This document shows, in pieces, positions 29,441-40,338 of a DNA stretch of 64,000 nucleotides. The notes beneath the pieces were generated by a model that was given only the letters and a program-made list of their open reading frames with translations, searched no databases and was not told the origin of the DNA. The stretch comes from an uncultured Bacillota bacterium (GTDB lineage Bacteria; Sysuimicrobiota; Sysuimicrobiia; Sysuimicrobiales; Segetimicrobiaceae), in contig CAWDRG010000018.1 of NCBI GenBank assembly GCA_963804645.1, positions 46,116-110,115 on the forward strand, given 5' to 3'. The first letter of the stretch is position 1. Every line of letters starts with the position of its first letter. The translations under genes and the position numbers were made by a program.

Positions 29441-30007
29441 TCAGCCGCCGCTGAAGACGATGTGCGCGTCCGTCATGCGTCGCTGGAACGCGTACTCCGC
29501 CGCGATCCGTCTCGCTCCGTAGAACAGCTCATCGAAGCCGTACCAGATCGCGTACCATCCACCGGGCTCAAGAACCACCGTCAGGCACGCGGCGGCCAAG
29601 TCATTGTGCACGTACGTTCTGACCAGCGCGCTCCCCAACAGCATCAGCGTGCCGATCAGCGACAGTACGATTCCCTGGGTGACCGCGTGGTGCCGCTGCG
29701 CCTGCAGCGCTTCGGCCCGCTCCTGAAAGTGCCGATGGAGACGTTCGCGAATCACCGCCTCATCCCCGGCGTTCCGCTCGGAGCCCCGAAGCTCGAGGTC
29801 GAGCTGCGGGGCCCCTGTCGAATGCGGCACGCGCGGTCTCGCAATTTCCGTGAGAAGGTCGTCCGAGAGGGCCCGGGCGGCATACGGGCGTGGGTCGAAG
29901 TGGGAGAAGAGATCGCCGTAGGTCGAGAGCCGGATCGCGATGGAGTGCCCGTCCGAGGATACGTCCGTCGTGCCGCGAGCGTGCCCTTCAGGGACGGACT
30001 CAGACAC
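29441..30007 (-). CDS. Hypothetical membrane protein
   Basis: Two C-terminal TM helices, DLFSHFDP motif. Confidence 0.6.
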   Translation of the reverse strand: MSESVPEGHARGTTDVSSDGHSIAIRLSTYGDLFSHFDPRPYAARALSDDLLTEIARPRVPHSTGAPQLDLELRGSERNAGDEAVIRERLHRHFQERAEALQAQRHHAVTQGIVLSLIGTLMLLGSALVRTYVHNDLAAACLTVVLEPGGWYAIWYGFDELFYGARRIAAEYAFQRRMTDAHIVFSGG

Positions 30008-30011
30008 CGGG

Positions 30012-30528
30012 CTAGGCGCGCCGGGTCCAGCCGCGATCCTCGGCGACCCACTGCGAGAGCGGACGCCCGAGGTAGTCCGTCCCGTCCACCCGGTAGCCCG
30101 CGGCCTGCAGCCGCCGCACCGCCTCCGCGTAGTACCGGTAGTCGACCTGCCATGCCCCCCGCAGCGGATTCTTGTAGAGGCCGAGGCCGCCGAGGATCTT
30201 GGCGAGGTTGGCGTCCTCGCTGGCGTCGCACGTGAACTCGACCGCTTGGGTCAGCGTGCCGAACGCGCGGATCTCCGAATGCTGTGGCGCGACGACAGGT
30301 GCGCCGCCCGGGTTCCGCGAGGCGACGAGCGGTTTGACCCCGCCGGATGGCGCCGGCGGCACCGTGGGAGCGGCGCCCGCCGCGGGCGCGGGCGCGGCGG
30401 CGCGCTGCGCCTTGAGCGCCTCGGCGCGCGCCTTGGCCGCGGCGATGCGCTCCTCGCGGCTGGGCTCGCCGGCCGCGGCGGGGCTCGGGGCGGTTGGCTC
30501 GGGGGTGCGTGGGCTTCTCGTCGGTCAT
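30012..30528 (-). CDS. Hypothetical protein, apparent frameshift near 30500
   Basis: GGAGAGAG before ATG 30528; second frame REERIAAAKARAEALKAQR..PLRGAWQVDYRYY. Confidence 0.55.
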
Positions 30529-30670
30529 GTCTCTCTCCCTACACGGGTTTCGTCCTCTGCATTCTACCGAATGGAGGGTCGGGAGGCGAGGGCACCGTCG
30601 TCCTCGTCCCGGTGGACGCCGTGGACGTTCTGGCGCCGTGGGCAGCAGGATCGCGTGCTATACTCCAGCC

Positions 30671-31786
30671 GTGGCCTTTCGCTTTACGTTGAGTCACGTC
30701 GACCGCGAGACCGGCGCCCGGGCGGGCGTTCTCGACACTCCCCACGGGTCCGTTGAGACACCGGCGTTCATGCCCGTCGGCACGCACGGCACGATTCGCG
30801 CGCTGACGCCGGAAGAAGTGCGCGGCGCCGGCGCCGAGATCGTGCTCGCCAACACGTTCCACCTGATGCTGCGCCCCGGCGCCGCGCTGATCGCGAAGGC
30901 CGGCGGTCTCCACACGTTCATGCATTGGGACGGGCCGATCCTCGTCGACAGCGGGGGCTTCCAAGTGTTCAGTCTGCCCCACCTCCGTCAGGTGAGCGAT
31001 GACGGGGTCATCTTCCGCTCGCCGATCGAGGGGAGCGAGGTGCGCCTGACGCCCGAGCGCGTGACCGAGATCGAGGAGGCGCTCGGCGCCGACATCATCA
31101 TGCCGCTCGATGTCTGCCTCGGGTTTCCAATGAGCGCGCGCGACGCCGAGGAGGCCCTCCGCCGCACGGCGGCCTGGGCGGTACGCGCCCGGTCCGCGCA
31201 GCGGCGCACGGACCAGACGCTGTTCGCGATCGTCCAGGGCGGGTTCGAGGCCGGGCTGAGGCGGCGGGCCGCGGAGGAGATGGCCGCGCTCGAGTTCCCG
31301 GGGTACGCGGTGGGCGGCCTCTCGGTCGGGGAGCCTCGGGCCCTGACATACGATCTCGTGAGCGAGGTGACGGCCTGCCTTCCGTCGGCCAGGCCCCGGT
31401 ACCTGATGGGGGTCGGCGTGCCGCCGAGCGTGATCGAGGCCGTGGCCCGCGGGGCGGATATGTTCGACTGCGTGCTGCCGACCCGGGTGGGGCGCAACGG
31501 GATTGCGCTGACGCCGGACGGCCGGCTGAACCTCCGGCACGCCGCGCACGCCGACGCGCTCGCCCCGCTCGAGGACGGGTGCCCGTGCCCCGCGTGCCGG
31601 GGGTACTCGAGGGCCTACCTCCGACATCTCTTTAAGGCAGGGGAGATGCTCGGGCCCAGGCTCGTGAGCCTCCACAACCTGACGTTCATGGCGCGCCTCA
31701 CGCGGGCGATGCGGGCAGCGATTCTCGAGGACCGGTTCGCGTCGTGGAGCCGGGGCGTGCTGGACCGGTACCAGACCGCGTGGTGA
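30671..31786 (+). CDS. tgt: tRNA-guanine transglycosylase
   Basis: TPAFMPVGT, DSGGFQVFSL, GGLSVGE, DMFDCVLPTR, CPCPAC..H. Confidence 0.95.
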   Translation: MAFRFTLSHVDRETGARAGVLDTPHGSVETPAFMPVGTHGTIRALTPEEVRGAGAEIVLANTFHLMLRPGAALIAKAGGLHTFMHWDGPILVDSGGFQVFSLPHLRQVSDDGVIFRSPIEGSEVRLTPERVTEIEEALGADIIMPLDVCLGFPMSARDAEEALRRTAAWAVRARSAQRRTDQTLFAIVQGGFEAGLRRRAAEEMAALEFPGYAVGGLSVGEPRALTYDLVSEVTACLPSARPRYLMGVGVPPSVIEAVARGADMFDCVLPTRVGRNGIALTPDGRLNLRHAAHADALAPLEDGCPCPACRGYSRAYLRHLFKAGEMLGPRLVSLHNLTFMARLTRAMRAAILEDRFASWSRGVLDRYQTAW

Positions 31787-31864
31787 CCGCCGCCCCGGGG
31801 GAGGGAATCGTTTTTCCGTGCGAGAACATTGGTGCCCAATGCTGACGCCTGGAACGCGCGCGTG

Positions 31865-32143
31865 ATGACGCAGCAACTCGTGCAGCTGCTCCCCCTTGTA
31901 GCCTTCTTCGCGCTGCTGTACGTGATGATGATCCGACCGCAGCAGGTCCAGCAGAAGAAGTACCGCGAGATGCTGTCGCGCCTGAAGAAGGGCGACCGGG
32001 TGATCACGCGCGGCGGGCTGTTCGCGGTGGTGCTCGAGGTCAAGGACCAGCAGCTCACGCTGGAGCTCGCGCAGAACTTGAAAGTGCGCGCGGAGCGCAG
32101 CGCCGTGCAGGCCGTCGTCAACAAGGGAGGGACCGGCGCCTAA
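31865..32143 (+). CDS. yajC: Preprotein translocase subunit YajC
   Basis: MMIRPQQ, LKKGDRVITRGG. Confidence 0.9.
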   Translation: MTQQLVQLLPLVAFFALLYVMMIRPQQVQQKKYREMLSRLKKGDRVITRGGLFAVVLEVKDQQLTLELAQNLKVRAERSAVQAVVNKGGTGA

Positions 32144-32160
32144 TCGGCGCCGATGCTACG

Positions 32161-32874
32161 ATGCCGGATCCGCAGGGCGTAGCGGCGGGCGTCACCCCGG
32201 AGGTACGGCGCCGGGCGGTCACCCTGGACGAGGTGAAGCGGGACCGCGAGGTCGAGGCGTACATCGCGAAGGCCGACGAGTACACGGGCGCGATCGGGTA
32301 CACGGAGCACGGGCTGCGCCACGCGAACCTGGTCGCGAGCATTGCGTCCAACATCCTGCGCCTCCTCGGCCGCGCCGAGCGCGCGATGCAGCTCGCGGCG
32401 ATGGCGGGCTATCTGCACGACGTCGGCAATCTCGTGGGGCGCGTCAGCCACGAGAACACCGGCGCGCTCCTCGCGGGCAGCATCCTGGCCCGTCTCGGCA
32501 TGGACCCCGTGGAGCGGGCGATCGTGATGGGCGCGATCGGCAACCACGAGGAGCAGACGGGCGAGCCAGTTAGCGAGGTGGGCGCCGCGTTGATCCTCGC
32601 GGACAAATCCGACGTGCACCGGACCCGCGTGCGCAACCCGGACCCGCGGACGTTCGATATCCACGATCGCGTGAACTACGCGGTGGAGCACTCGTTCCTG
32701 CGCGTGGACGACCGTGCGAACACCGTAACGCTGGAACTCACGATCGATACCGGGCTCTCGCAGGTCATGGAGTACTTCGAGATCTTCCTCCCGCGCATGG
32801 TGCTGTGCCGGCGCGCGGCGGCATTTCTCGGCTCGCAGTTCAAGCTGCAGATCAACGGCACAAAGCTGCTGTAA
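32161..32874 (+). CDS. HD-domain phosphohydrolase
   Basis: GYTEHGLRH, LHDVGN, ADKSD, DIHDRVNYAV. Confidence 0.85.
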   Translation: MPDPQGVAAGVTPEVRRRAVTLDEVKRDREVEAYIAKADEYTGAIGYTEHGLRHANLVASIASNILRLLGRAERAMQLAAMAGYLHDVGNLVGRVSHENTGALLAGSILARLGMDPVERAIVMGAIGNHEEQTGEPVSEVGAALILADKSDVHRTRVRNPDPRTFDIHDRVNYAVEHSFLRVDDRANTVTLELTIDTGLSQVMEYFEIFLPRMVLCRRAAAFLGSQFKLQINGTKLL

Positions 32875-32906
32875 GGGGCATCAGTCCGGAGTAGAAGGAG
32901 GACACG

Positions 32907-33236
32907 ATGGCGATTGTGATGTACCGGTGTCAGTCCTGCGGTGGGTTGCACGAGGCCTCGGTGCGGCCCGGAGGAGGCTCGGTGTACCTCCGCTGCGTCG
33001 TCACGCGCGCTTGGGCGTGGCATGAGCCGTCCAACTTCCTGACGGCGTCGGCGTCCGCCGCCCCCGCCGCGTCGCGGCCGGCGCCGGCGCAGGCGAAGGC
33101 CGCGCCCGCGCGCAAGGCGGCCGCCCCGAAGCGGGCCGCGGCGGCGCGCACGCCGGCCGCGCGGAAAGCGGCCCCGCGCAAAGCGGCCAAGAAGGCGCCC
33201 GCGCGGACGGCCAGCGTGAAGCGCCGCAAGCGCTAG
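32907..33236 (+). CDS. Small protein: CxxC..H..C N-terminus plus Ala/Lys/Arg/Pro histone-like tail
   Basis: AGGAGG RBS; YRCQSCGGLH..LRC; KAAPARKAAAPKRAA..VKRRKR. Confidence 0.7.
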   Translation: MAIVMYRCQSCGGLHEASVRPGGGSVYLRCVVTRAWAWHEPSNFLTASASAAPAASRPAPAQAKAAPARKAAAPKRAAAARTPAARKAAPRKAAKKAPARTASVKRRKR

Positions 33237-33270
33237 GCGGGGCTGTTCCGGGAGGGTCCGGCGGGTTCCG

Positions 33271-33302
33271 GGGCTCCGGGATCCCCCGGGCCCTTCTGTT
33301 TT
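33271..33302 (+). terminator. Probable intrinsic terminator
   Basis: GGGCTCCGGG-loop-CCCGGGCCC followed by TTCTGTTTT. Confidence 0.55.
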
Positions 33303-33340
33303 CGTGCGTATTTTGGCCAGAATTCCGCCCCGGATCCGCC

Positions 33341-33491
33341 CCGAAGGCCGCCGCGCCCAAGCGGGCGGCGAAGGCACGCAAGCCGGCGGCTCGCCGGGCG
33401 GCTGTGACAGGGTCGGGGGCGGAAGGCCGCCGAAGGGCCGCAAGCGCTAAACAGGCGCACTCCCGGAGGGCCGGCGGGTCAGTCTCTCGGG
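33341..33491 (+). repeat. Diverged copy of the 3' end and downstream flank of the histone-like gene
   Basis: Encodes KAAAPKRAAKARKPAARR, ends CGCAAGCGCTAA then CCCGGAGGGCCGGCGGGT, paralleling 33113-33267. Confidence 0.7.
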
Positions 33492-33716
33492 AGTGGGTAG
33501 GGCGGTGCTGGGCGGACTAGGAGGGTTCTCGACGCTGGCGCTCGACGGGAAATCCAGACGCGGGCGCGCGGCGAGCACGGACGTTGGCACAGCAGACGGC
33601 TCCTCGCACACGATTCTTTCCGCATCAGGGCGAGACATCGGCAGGTACGGTTGCTGCATCGAGACAGTCAGATCGGCGGCGCATCTTGGGTTTCTCGATC
33701 GTGCGCGACGCCACGA

Positions 33717-34460
33717 TCACGACGACGTGGCATCCTCGACGTTTCTTTTGGTTGCGAACGCACGCAGGTTGACTGGACTCTTGTGTGTGAAACACATGAG
33801 CTCGGCGTGTTTCATAGGTAGTGCGGTGTGGAGGTCGACGTCGGACGCCAGATCGAATCCTAGCTTCACGTAGCGCAGGGCCACGGCGGGTGCTTCGCGA
33901 TCTGCCTGGCAACGGCGAGCGCGTCTGCTCCAGCTCGCTCGGCTGGACACGCGAGTGACAAGCCGATCGTTGGCCTGCGCGCATCGATGGTCTCCCGGTA
34001 AATGCAAGGTACTTCGCCAGCCATGCGATGACGCGGGGCAGCAGGTACGTCATGCGCTGGTTGGCGCTATGCGACGGGGTATCGGGGAGGCCGATCACGG
34101 CAGTGGCGGCTGCGATGCGAATATCGCAGATCAGGGCCAGTTCAAAGCTCCGGCAACGCGTAGCTGTGAATGGCGCGATGCTCGGCTTGCCAGGCGGCGC
34201 ATCTCGGCGCTGAGGTGCTGAGCAACAGGATGTACTCGCGAAACTCCTCTTGGTATGGAGAGCATCGCCTTGAGATCGCGCGCACTGAAGGCTCGGCGTT
34301 CGGTGACGATGACACATCGGACTCCTGATCGCGGCGTGCGCGATCGACGCGCGATCAGGGACTCGAGTAGCGATGGGTTCAACGCGTTGAGCGCGCGCGG
34401 ACGGTTCAGGCGCATGACGCGACGCGTCGCTCTTGCTGACTGCAACACTTCCTCGTTCAT
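33717..34460 (-). pseudogene. Enoyl-CoA hydratase/isomerase, many frameshifts
   Basis: Fragments LNRPRALNALN, CDIRIAAATAVIGLP, YLLPRVI..KYLAFTG, LRYVKLGF. Confidence 0.7.
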
Positions 34461-35715
34461 GGTGTATCCCTGATAGAGACGGTATAGGCGTTTGGCTTGC
34501 GTTCGTGTGCGTGAGGGTGCCGGCGCGAGGAGCTCGATCTTCGGGCTGAAGACCAGGGTGTGCGGATCGGCGCGCGAGACGATCACCAGGCCGGCAAGCT
34601 CCTGAGGGTGAATCCTTCGCGTACTCGCTGCAGGAGCATCGACAATGGGCGGTGGCTCTGTCAACACGATGCGGAACTCGCGGTAGCGCGGGTGCATGCT
34701 GTAGACCACATCCTGGACGCCAGCGGATACACGTTGATCCTTTGACGATGAACATGTGTCGCTGCGGCGAGGACGGAAGCGAAAGCGGTGCGTTCACAGG
34801 CATGTGCCGGTGCCACACTTGGACGTGATCGTGGGACGATAGCGGATGAGCGGATGCGCTTCGCTCGATTGTGGTGAAGACCAGTTCGCGACGCGCCTCG
34901 GTGGAGGCATGACGCGCGGAGGCAGGGTGATCAGTTCACGATGAACAGGCCTGGCGAGCAGTGCAGTGTGATGCTGGCACTCCGCGCCACGGGCTCAACT
35001 CCCCGAGCCATAAATGTCGCGAGCTCCATGTTCACGTGGCTTCAATCTGTTCCGGTAGCGGGGATGGCCAGTCGGCGTCGCCGAGAACAGGCCTTGCGCA
35101 CGCCAGCGCGGCGGCGCGACACCTCACTTTGCGCGACGTGCGCAAATGCAGCGCGTACGAGGGCGTCGAGTAGAGCGCGACGGCATCTGCATGTTTGCAT
35201 GATGTCGATCAGACGTTAGATTGGCGATCCGACGGGTGCGACGCACGCGCGATCGTCTCAAACGTATATGGTGTTGATCGCCGCATACAGGCTGTAGTTC
35301 ATCATTCAAAGAGGACATCGGGCGCAAGCGGCGGCCAGGCGCGCGGGCTCGACTTCGTTGTAGACGGCGACGTGCGTGCGTAGTGCGGTGCAGGGGACGC
35401 CGTGGTGCTCGTGGCCTGCATGCGTACATCGATGCAAGGGGCGCGCATTGGTTCTGTCAAACGGCGGCGGACGGTTGCGCGTTCTGCAGCTCGGCTTTTC
35501 AGTGAACGGCAGCGCGGGAGGTCTCGAGGCCGGTACGCCGGGGACGACGCGGCGTGTCCACTTGCGGCGATAGAACGGGCTCGTGCGCAGCACGTAGTCG
35601 ATCTGGCGCGCAGCTTCTCTTCTTCGATCGTGGAGGCATCGGACGACATGGTTTCAAGTTCTGGTTCAGCACGTGCAGTTGGAGCGGCATCAGAGCTCGC
35701 GCAGCGGAGCGCACT
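34461..35715 (-). pseudogene. Phenylacetate-CoA ligase (PaaK)-like, many frameshifts
   Basis: Fragments PELETMS..EEKLR, LRTSPFYRRKW, LPFTEK, DDMFIVKG-like, KRLYR. Confidence 0.6.
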
Positions 35716-35740
35716 CATTGAACTACGTGGGTGCGGCGCG

Positions 35741-37614
35741 TCACGCGCTCGGCGCGTGGAGGTTATGGAACGCCTCGAACGTCGAGATCCACGATCGGTG
35801 GTCAACAAGCGGCGTGACGCACGGCGCGGTGAGATGCAATCGCTGGAACCGCTCGACGCCTCCGCACGAACGATCTTGCAGCTCGGCGTTCGACACGATC
35901 GTCTGGGCCCGCAGGGTATGTCTGCGGGAGACTCGCGGCGATCGCGGCCTTTGTGTACAGATCGGACGCAGGACTGTCGCGTCGGCCAAACACGTCCCGG
36001 GTGACCGTATGATCCGCTTGAGTGAACGTGAGCGCGGTGGCCTCATCACGCCGCGCCGGCTCGAATACGAGTCCCGGATCGCACCGGACTCCCGCGGCGG
36101 CAAGCGGGAGCCTCAATCGGGACCGGAAGCGTCCGGTGCGGTACACGGTCAGCACCGGATTGCGGGGCGCCGGAAACAGGACCGGAAAGTGCGCACCGGC
36201 AACGGCGACCCTCAGGCGATGCCCCGCTGGTATTTGGTATGACGTGGGCAAGCACGGGACCCGCATTCTCATAGACCCGTGCCGACTGGAGCACCTCGCC
36301 GACGACGTGCGTCGGGCGAATCCATCCTTGACAGACTAAGGTCGAGACGCCCGTTGGCATCACGTCGCTCAACCACGCCACGAGCGGGAAGTCCGGTTGG
36401 TCCGCCGAGATGAAGACGATCAGCTCTGGGTCGCCGACGATCGAGACGTCGGCCGCGAGCGGCGGGTTGTATAGGTCAGCGGACCGTGGTCGTCCGGAGA
36501 GATGTCGGGAGGGGCGGCCGCTGTCGGAGTCGTCCAATCCCGAGGTAAGTGGGCGAGCCCCACGGTGGGGTCGACGCGGTAGGTGTCGGTGCCGTCCTGC
36601 GTCGGCGGTTCGGGCAGGAGTTCGCCGCCGGACTGTAGATAGTAGTCGCGGACCGCGGTGTGCGGGGGCGGCCATCCTGGCTCGTATCGCCACCCCCCCG
36701 GGTGATGGTACAAGATGGCGGGCGGCTCGTGCATGACGCCGGTGTCGATGTGCTTCAGCCACTGGTCCCACCAGCGAGTCATTTCGTGCAGAAAGCCGAT
36801 GGGGTGATGAGTGGCGCGGTCCGGATGCTCGTGTTTCCAGGGGCCGATCAGCACACGCTTCGGCGCCGAGATCGTGTTGTAGATGCGAAGGGTCTCACGC
36901 GGGTAGGCGTCATGCCATGCGGAGACCAGATACGTCGCGCCCGAGATCGCATCGACGTTGGCGCGCCACGTGCGCCACGTGGCCGGAGGGAGCCGATGCC
37001 AGGTGAACAGCCAGGGGTCGAGGCGCTCCAGCCGTTCGCGCCATAGCCGCATCCCGCGGTCTCCCCCGTCGACGCGAAGCGGCGGCAGGAGTTGATTCCC
37101 AAGCATGCGGAAGCCCCAGTCGAGTTCTGACCACAGCGCCCCTGGGCATTGGTGCGGGTAACACACCCCCGTAAACTCATCATCGGTGGGATGGATCGGG
37201 ATGATCGCGTCGAGCGACCGGGGCCGCGTGGACCCGACGGACAGCGCCGTGTCTCCTCCGTAGGAGACGCCCCAGATCCGGTGCGCCCGCTGCACCACGG
37301 TTGCGCGGCCATCCATTCGAGCGCATCGCCGCGTCCCGTTGCTCCGGCGCGGAGAACGGGGGGTTCGGCATACTCTCGGACGCGCCGAACCCGCGCATAT
37401 CCAACGTGAGACAGGCGTAACCGCGCCGGGCAAAAAAGAGTTGCGCGGCCTCGGTTGGCCCCCGACCGCCCGGTCCGCTTGAGGTACGGCGTGTACGCAG
37501 GAGCGCCGGCACGGGTCCCGCGCCGACGGGAAGATAGAGATTGCCGGCGAGCCGCGTGCCATCGCGCATCGGAATCAGCACGTCGTGTACGACCTCAACC
37601 GCGTGTGCGTTCAC
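35741..37614 (-). pseudogene. CocE/NonD family hydrolase, several frameshifts
   Basis: IPMRDGTRLAGNLYLP, DMRGFGASE, WGVSYGG, IGPWKH, GHRLRVAV. Confidence 0.8.
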
Positions 37615-37676
37615 GAGATGGCGCTCCTCCCTTGGGCTGCGGCGGTGTGACCGGTCGGTCCGAGCCCCTGCGACGC

Positions 37677-39325
37677 TCAGGTGCGCGACATGAGCGACAC
37701 GTCTGTCCACCACATGGAGTTGGAGACGACGCCGTGGAGATCCGCGCGATACGCGACGCGCTGAACGCCTTGTAGCAGCGGCACCCAGGGGCTGTCCTTC
37801 ATGAGCTCCCGCTGGACCTGCTGATATAGGTCGGTCCGCTTCGCCGCGTCGACGGTTCGGATCGCCTGCGCGGTCATCTGGATCGTCCGGTTGTTGGGAT
37901 AGTTCCACCCGAGCCGCTTTGACAGGGTGCCGCCCGGGATGTACAGCTCGAGCCAGTTGCTCGCGTCCGGGTAATCAGCCACGTACTGCGAGATGACCAT
38001 CTGGGCCTTTTGTGCCTTATATTTCGCGCTGAAGACGCTCGGGGCGAGCGGTTCAAGTGTGAGGCGGATTCCGATCTGCCCAAGATCCGCCTGGACTTTC
38101 GCGGCGAGCACATCGCCTCCGACCGTTCCCGTCAAGGTGCTCGTCGAATAGCTCACGACCGCGTCGAAGCCGTTCGGATACCCGGCTTGGGCGAGCAGTT
38201 CCTTGGCCCGCCTGACGTCGGTCCTGATCCCGTCTCGCTGTGGATCCAGGACCCCGGCGAACCCGATCGGCACGATTGAGGGCGGTGTCACGGCACCCGG
38301 CACGAGACTCCGAAGGCCAGTGTAGTCGATGGCGTACCGAATGGCGTATCCAACGTCCGGCTTGACGAGTGCTTCGTGCACTTGGGGGACACGCGTGAGC
38401 CCCAGATACGGGAACCCAGCAAACAGCGTGGACGCGATCTTGACGTTCTGGTTGCTGTTGAGCTCGGCGAACTGCTCCGCCGCCAGGTTCGTCACGACAT
38501 CCACGTCGCCGCGTTCGAGCAGCAGTTTGCCCGTAGCCGATTCCGGTACCGCCTTGTAGACGACTTCGTCAAACCAGCCAGGTCTCCACGAACCCGGAAC
38601 GCGCTTGAGCGTCACTTGCGTGTCCCTGGTCCACCCGGTCATCACATACGGCCCCGTGCCGGCGGAGTTCGCGTTCAGCCACGCGTCGGCCGTGTCACTG
38701 CCGATCGTAGTCCCGCCCTTGGTCCTGAGGAACGTGCTGTCCAGGATCGACAGGTTGGTACTGATGAGCACCGCCAGATACGACACGTCGGGGGCCTTCA
38801 AGCGAATCGTCACGGTTCGCGGATCCGGGGTCTCGATGGACTTGATGGGGTCGACCAGCCAGGCCGGGCTCGCGTTGACATTCCCGACCCGCAGCAGCGA
38901 CCAGCGGACATCGGCCGAGGTCAACGGATTCCCGGTGACAAACTTCACGTTGGGGCGCAGCTTGAACGTCAGCGCGGAGGCGTCCGGAGCGATGGTCCAT
39001 CCGGTGGCGAGCATGGGCGTGATCCGGTCGATGCCGCTCGGCGGGACCGTGACCAGGGAATCGTAACACGCCGGAAGATGAGATACTGGAAGATCTCGTA
39101 CGCGCGCGCCGGATCGGCGCTTGACAGCGTCATGGTATCGGCCACGACCAAGCGCTTGACGGGCGTCGCCGGGGCTTGTGCAAGGAACGGTGCGGCCACG
39201 GCGCGGCCGGTCGGCGCGAGTGCTCCTCCACCGAGCGCCCCCACACCGGCGAGGGCCGCGAGGCGGAGCACCTCCCGTCTGGACGTCCGTGCCAGGCGCT
39301 CAGATTCGCTCATGTCCCGTGCCAT
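37677..39325 (-). CDS. Tat-exported peptide/nickel ABC substrate-binding protein (family 5), frameshift near 39060
   Basis: SRREVLR Tat motif; LATGW..FKLRPNVKF, GTGPY, AKELLAQAGYPNGF. Confidence 0.85.
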
Positions 39326-39402
39326 CGCTATCCCCTCCTCCTGACGAAGTCTCGCCTCGTCTCGCGGACGGCGAGCTCAACTGGCTGTGCGCGTGTCATC
39401 GG

Positions 39403-40338
39403 TTAGCGCCGGAGTTGCTGCAGACGCGGATCCAAGGCGTCACGAAGCGCATCTCCGATGAGGTTGAAGGCCATCACCACGGTCAGGATCGCGAATCCCG
39501 GAAACGCCGCCAACCACCAGCGATCGAGCAGGTGCGCGCCTTCCGCCACCATCGAGCCCCATTCAGGCGTGGGCGGCCGGACGCCGAGCCCAAGAAACGA
39601 CAGGGCGGCGGCGGCGGTGATGCCGCTGCCGACATCGATCGTCGCCAGTACGAGGACCGGCGTGTAGGCGTTCGGCAGCACGTGGCGGAACAGGATGCGG
39701 AGACGGCTCGCGCCGACCGCATATGCGGCGAGGACGTACTCGCGCTCCCGGACCGAAAGGGTCACGCTCCGCATCATCCGTGCGTAATACGGCCACCACA
39801 CCACGACCAAGGCCAACACGACGTTCCGGAGATCCGGGCCCAGAGCCGCCGCGATCGCGAGGGCCAGGATGATCGGGGGGAAGGCCAGATGCGCGTCCGC
39901 GACGCGCATCGCGAGCTCGTCGACCCAGCCGCCACCGAAACCAGCCAGCGCTCCCAACGCGGTCCCGATCAACGCGGTCAATGCGATGATCGTCAGCCCG
40001 ACGGGAATAGAGATCCGACCGCCGTAGAGTACCCGTGAGAGGATGTCGCGCCCGAGCGTATCCGTCCCGAACGGATGGACGCCGTCCGGGGCATGGAGCC
40101 GTTCCGAAAAGTTCTGTTGCAACGGGCCGTCCTTCACCAGCATCGGGGCGCCCGCAAGCGCGACCAGCCAGGCCACGATGACGAGCACGCCAGCGGTCCC
40201 CAGCAGGTTGTGGCGCACACTTCGCGCGGCCCGACGTGCCCTCGATTTCGTTCGCCCGCGGCTCCGGGCCAGGCCGGCCGCGGCCGCAGGAACGCCCTGT
40301 GCACGCACATGCTCGGGCGCTCCGCCGTCCGGACTCAT
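39403..40338 (-). CDS. Peptide ABC permease (DppC-like)
   Basis: HPFGTDTLGRD, HVLPN, LSFLGLG..PEWG. Confidence 0.9.
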   Translation of the reverse strand: MSPDGGAPEHVRAQGVPAAAAGLARSRGRTKSRARRAARSVRHNLLGTAGVLVIVAWLVALAGAPMLVKDGPLQQNFSERLHAPDGVHPFGTDTLGRDILSRVLYGGRISIPVGLTIIALTALIGTALGALAGFGGGWVDELAMRVADAHLAFPPIILALAIAAALGPDLRNVVLALVVVWWPYYARMMRSVTLSVREREYVLAAYAVGASRLRILFRHVLPNAYTPVLVLATIDVGSGITAAAALSFLGLGVRPPTPEWGSMVAEGAHLLDRWWLAAFPGFAILTVVMAFNLIGDALRDALDPRLQQLRR

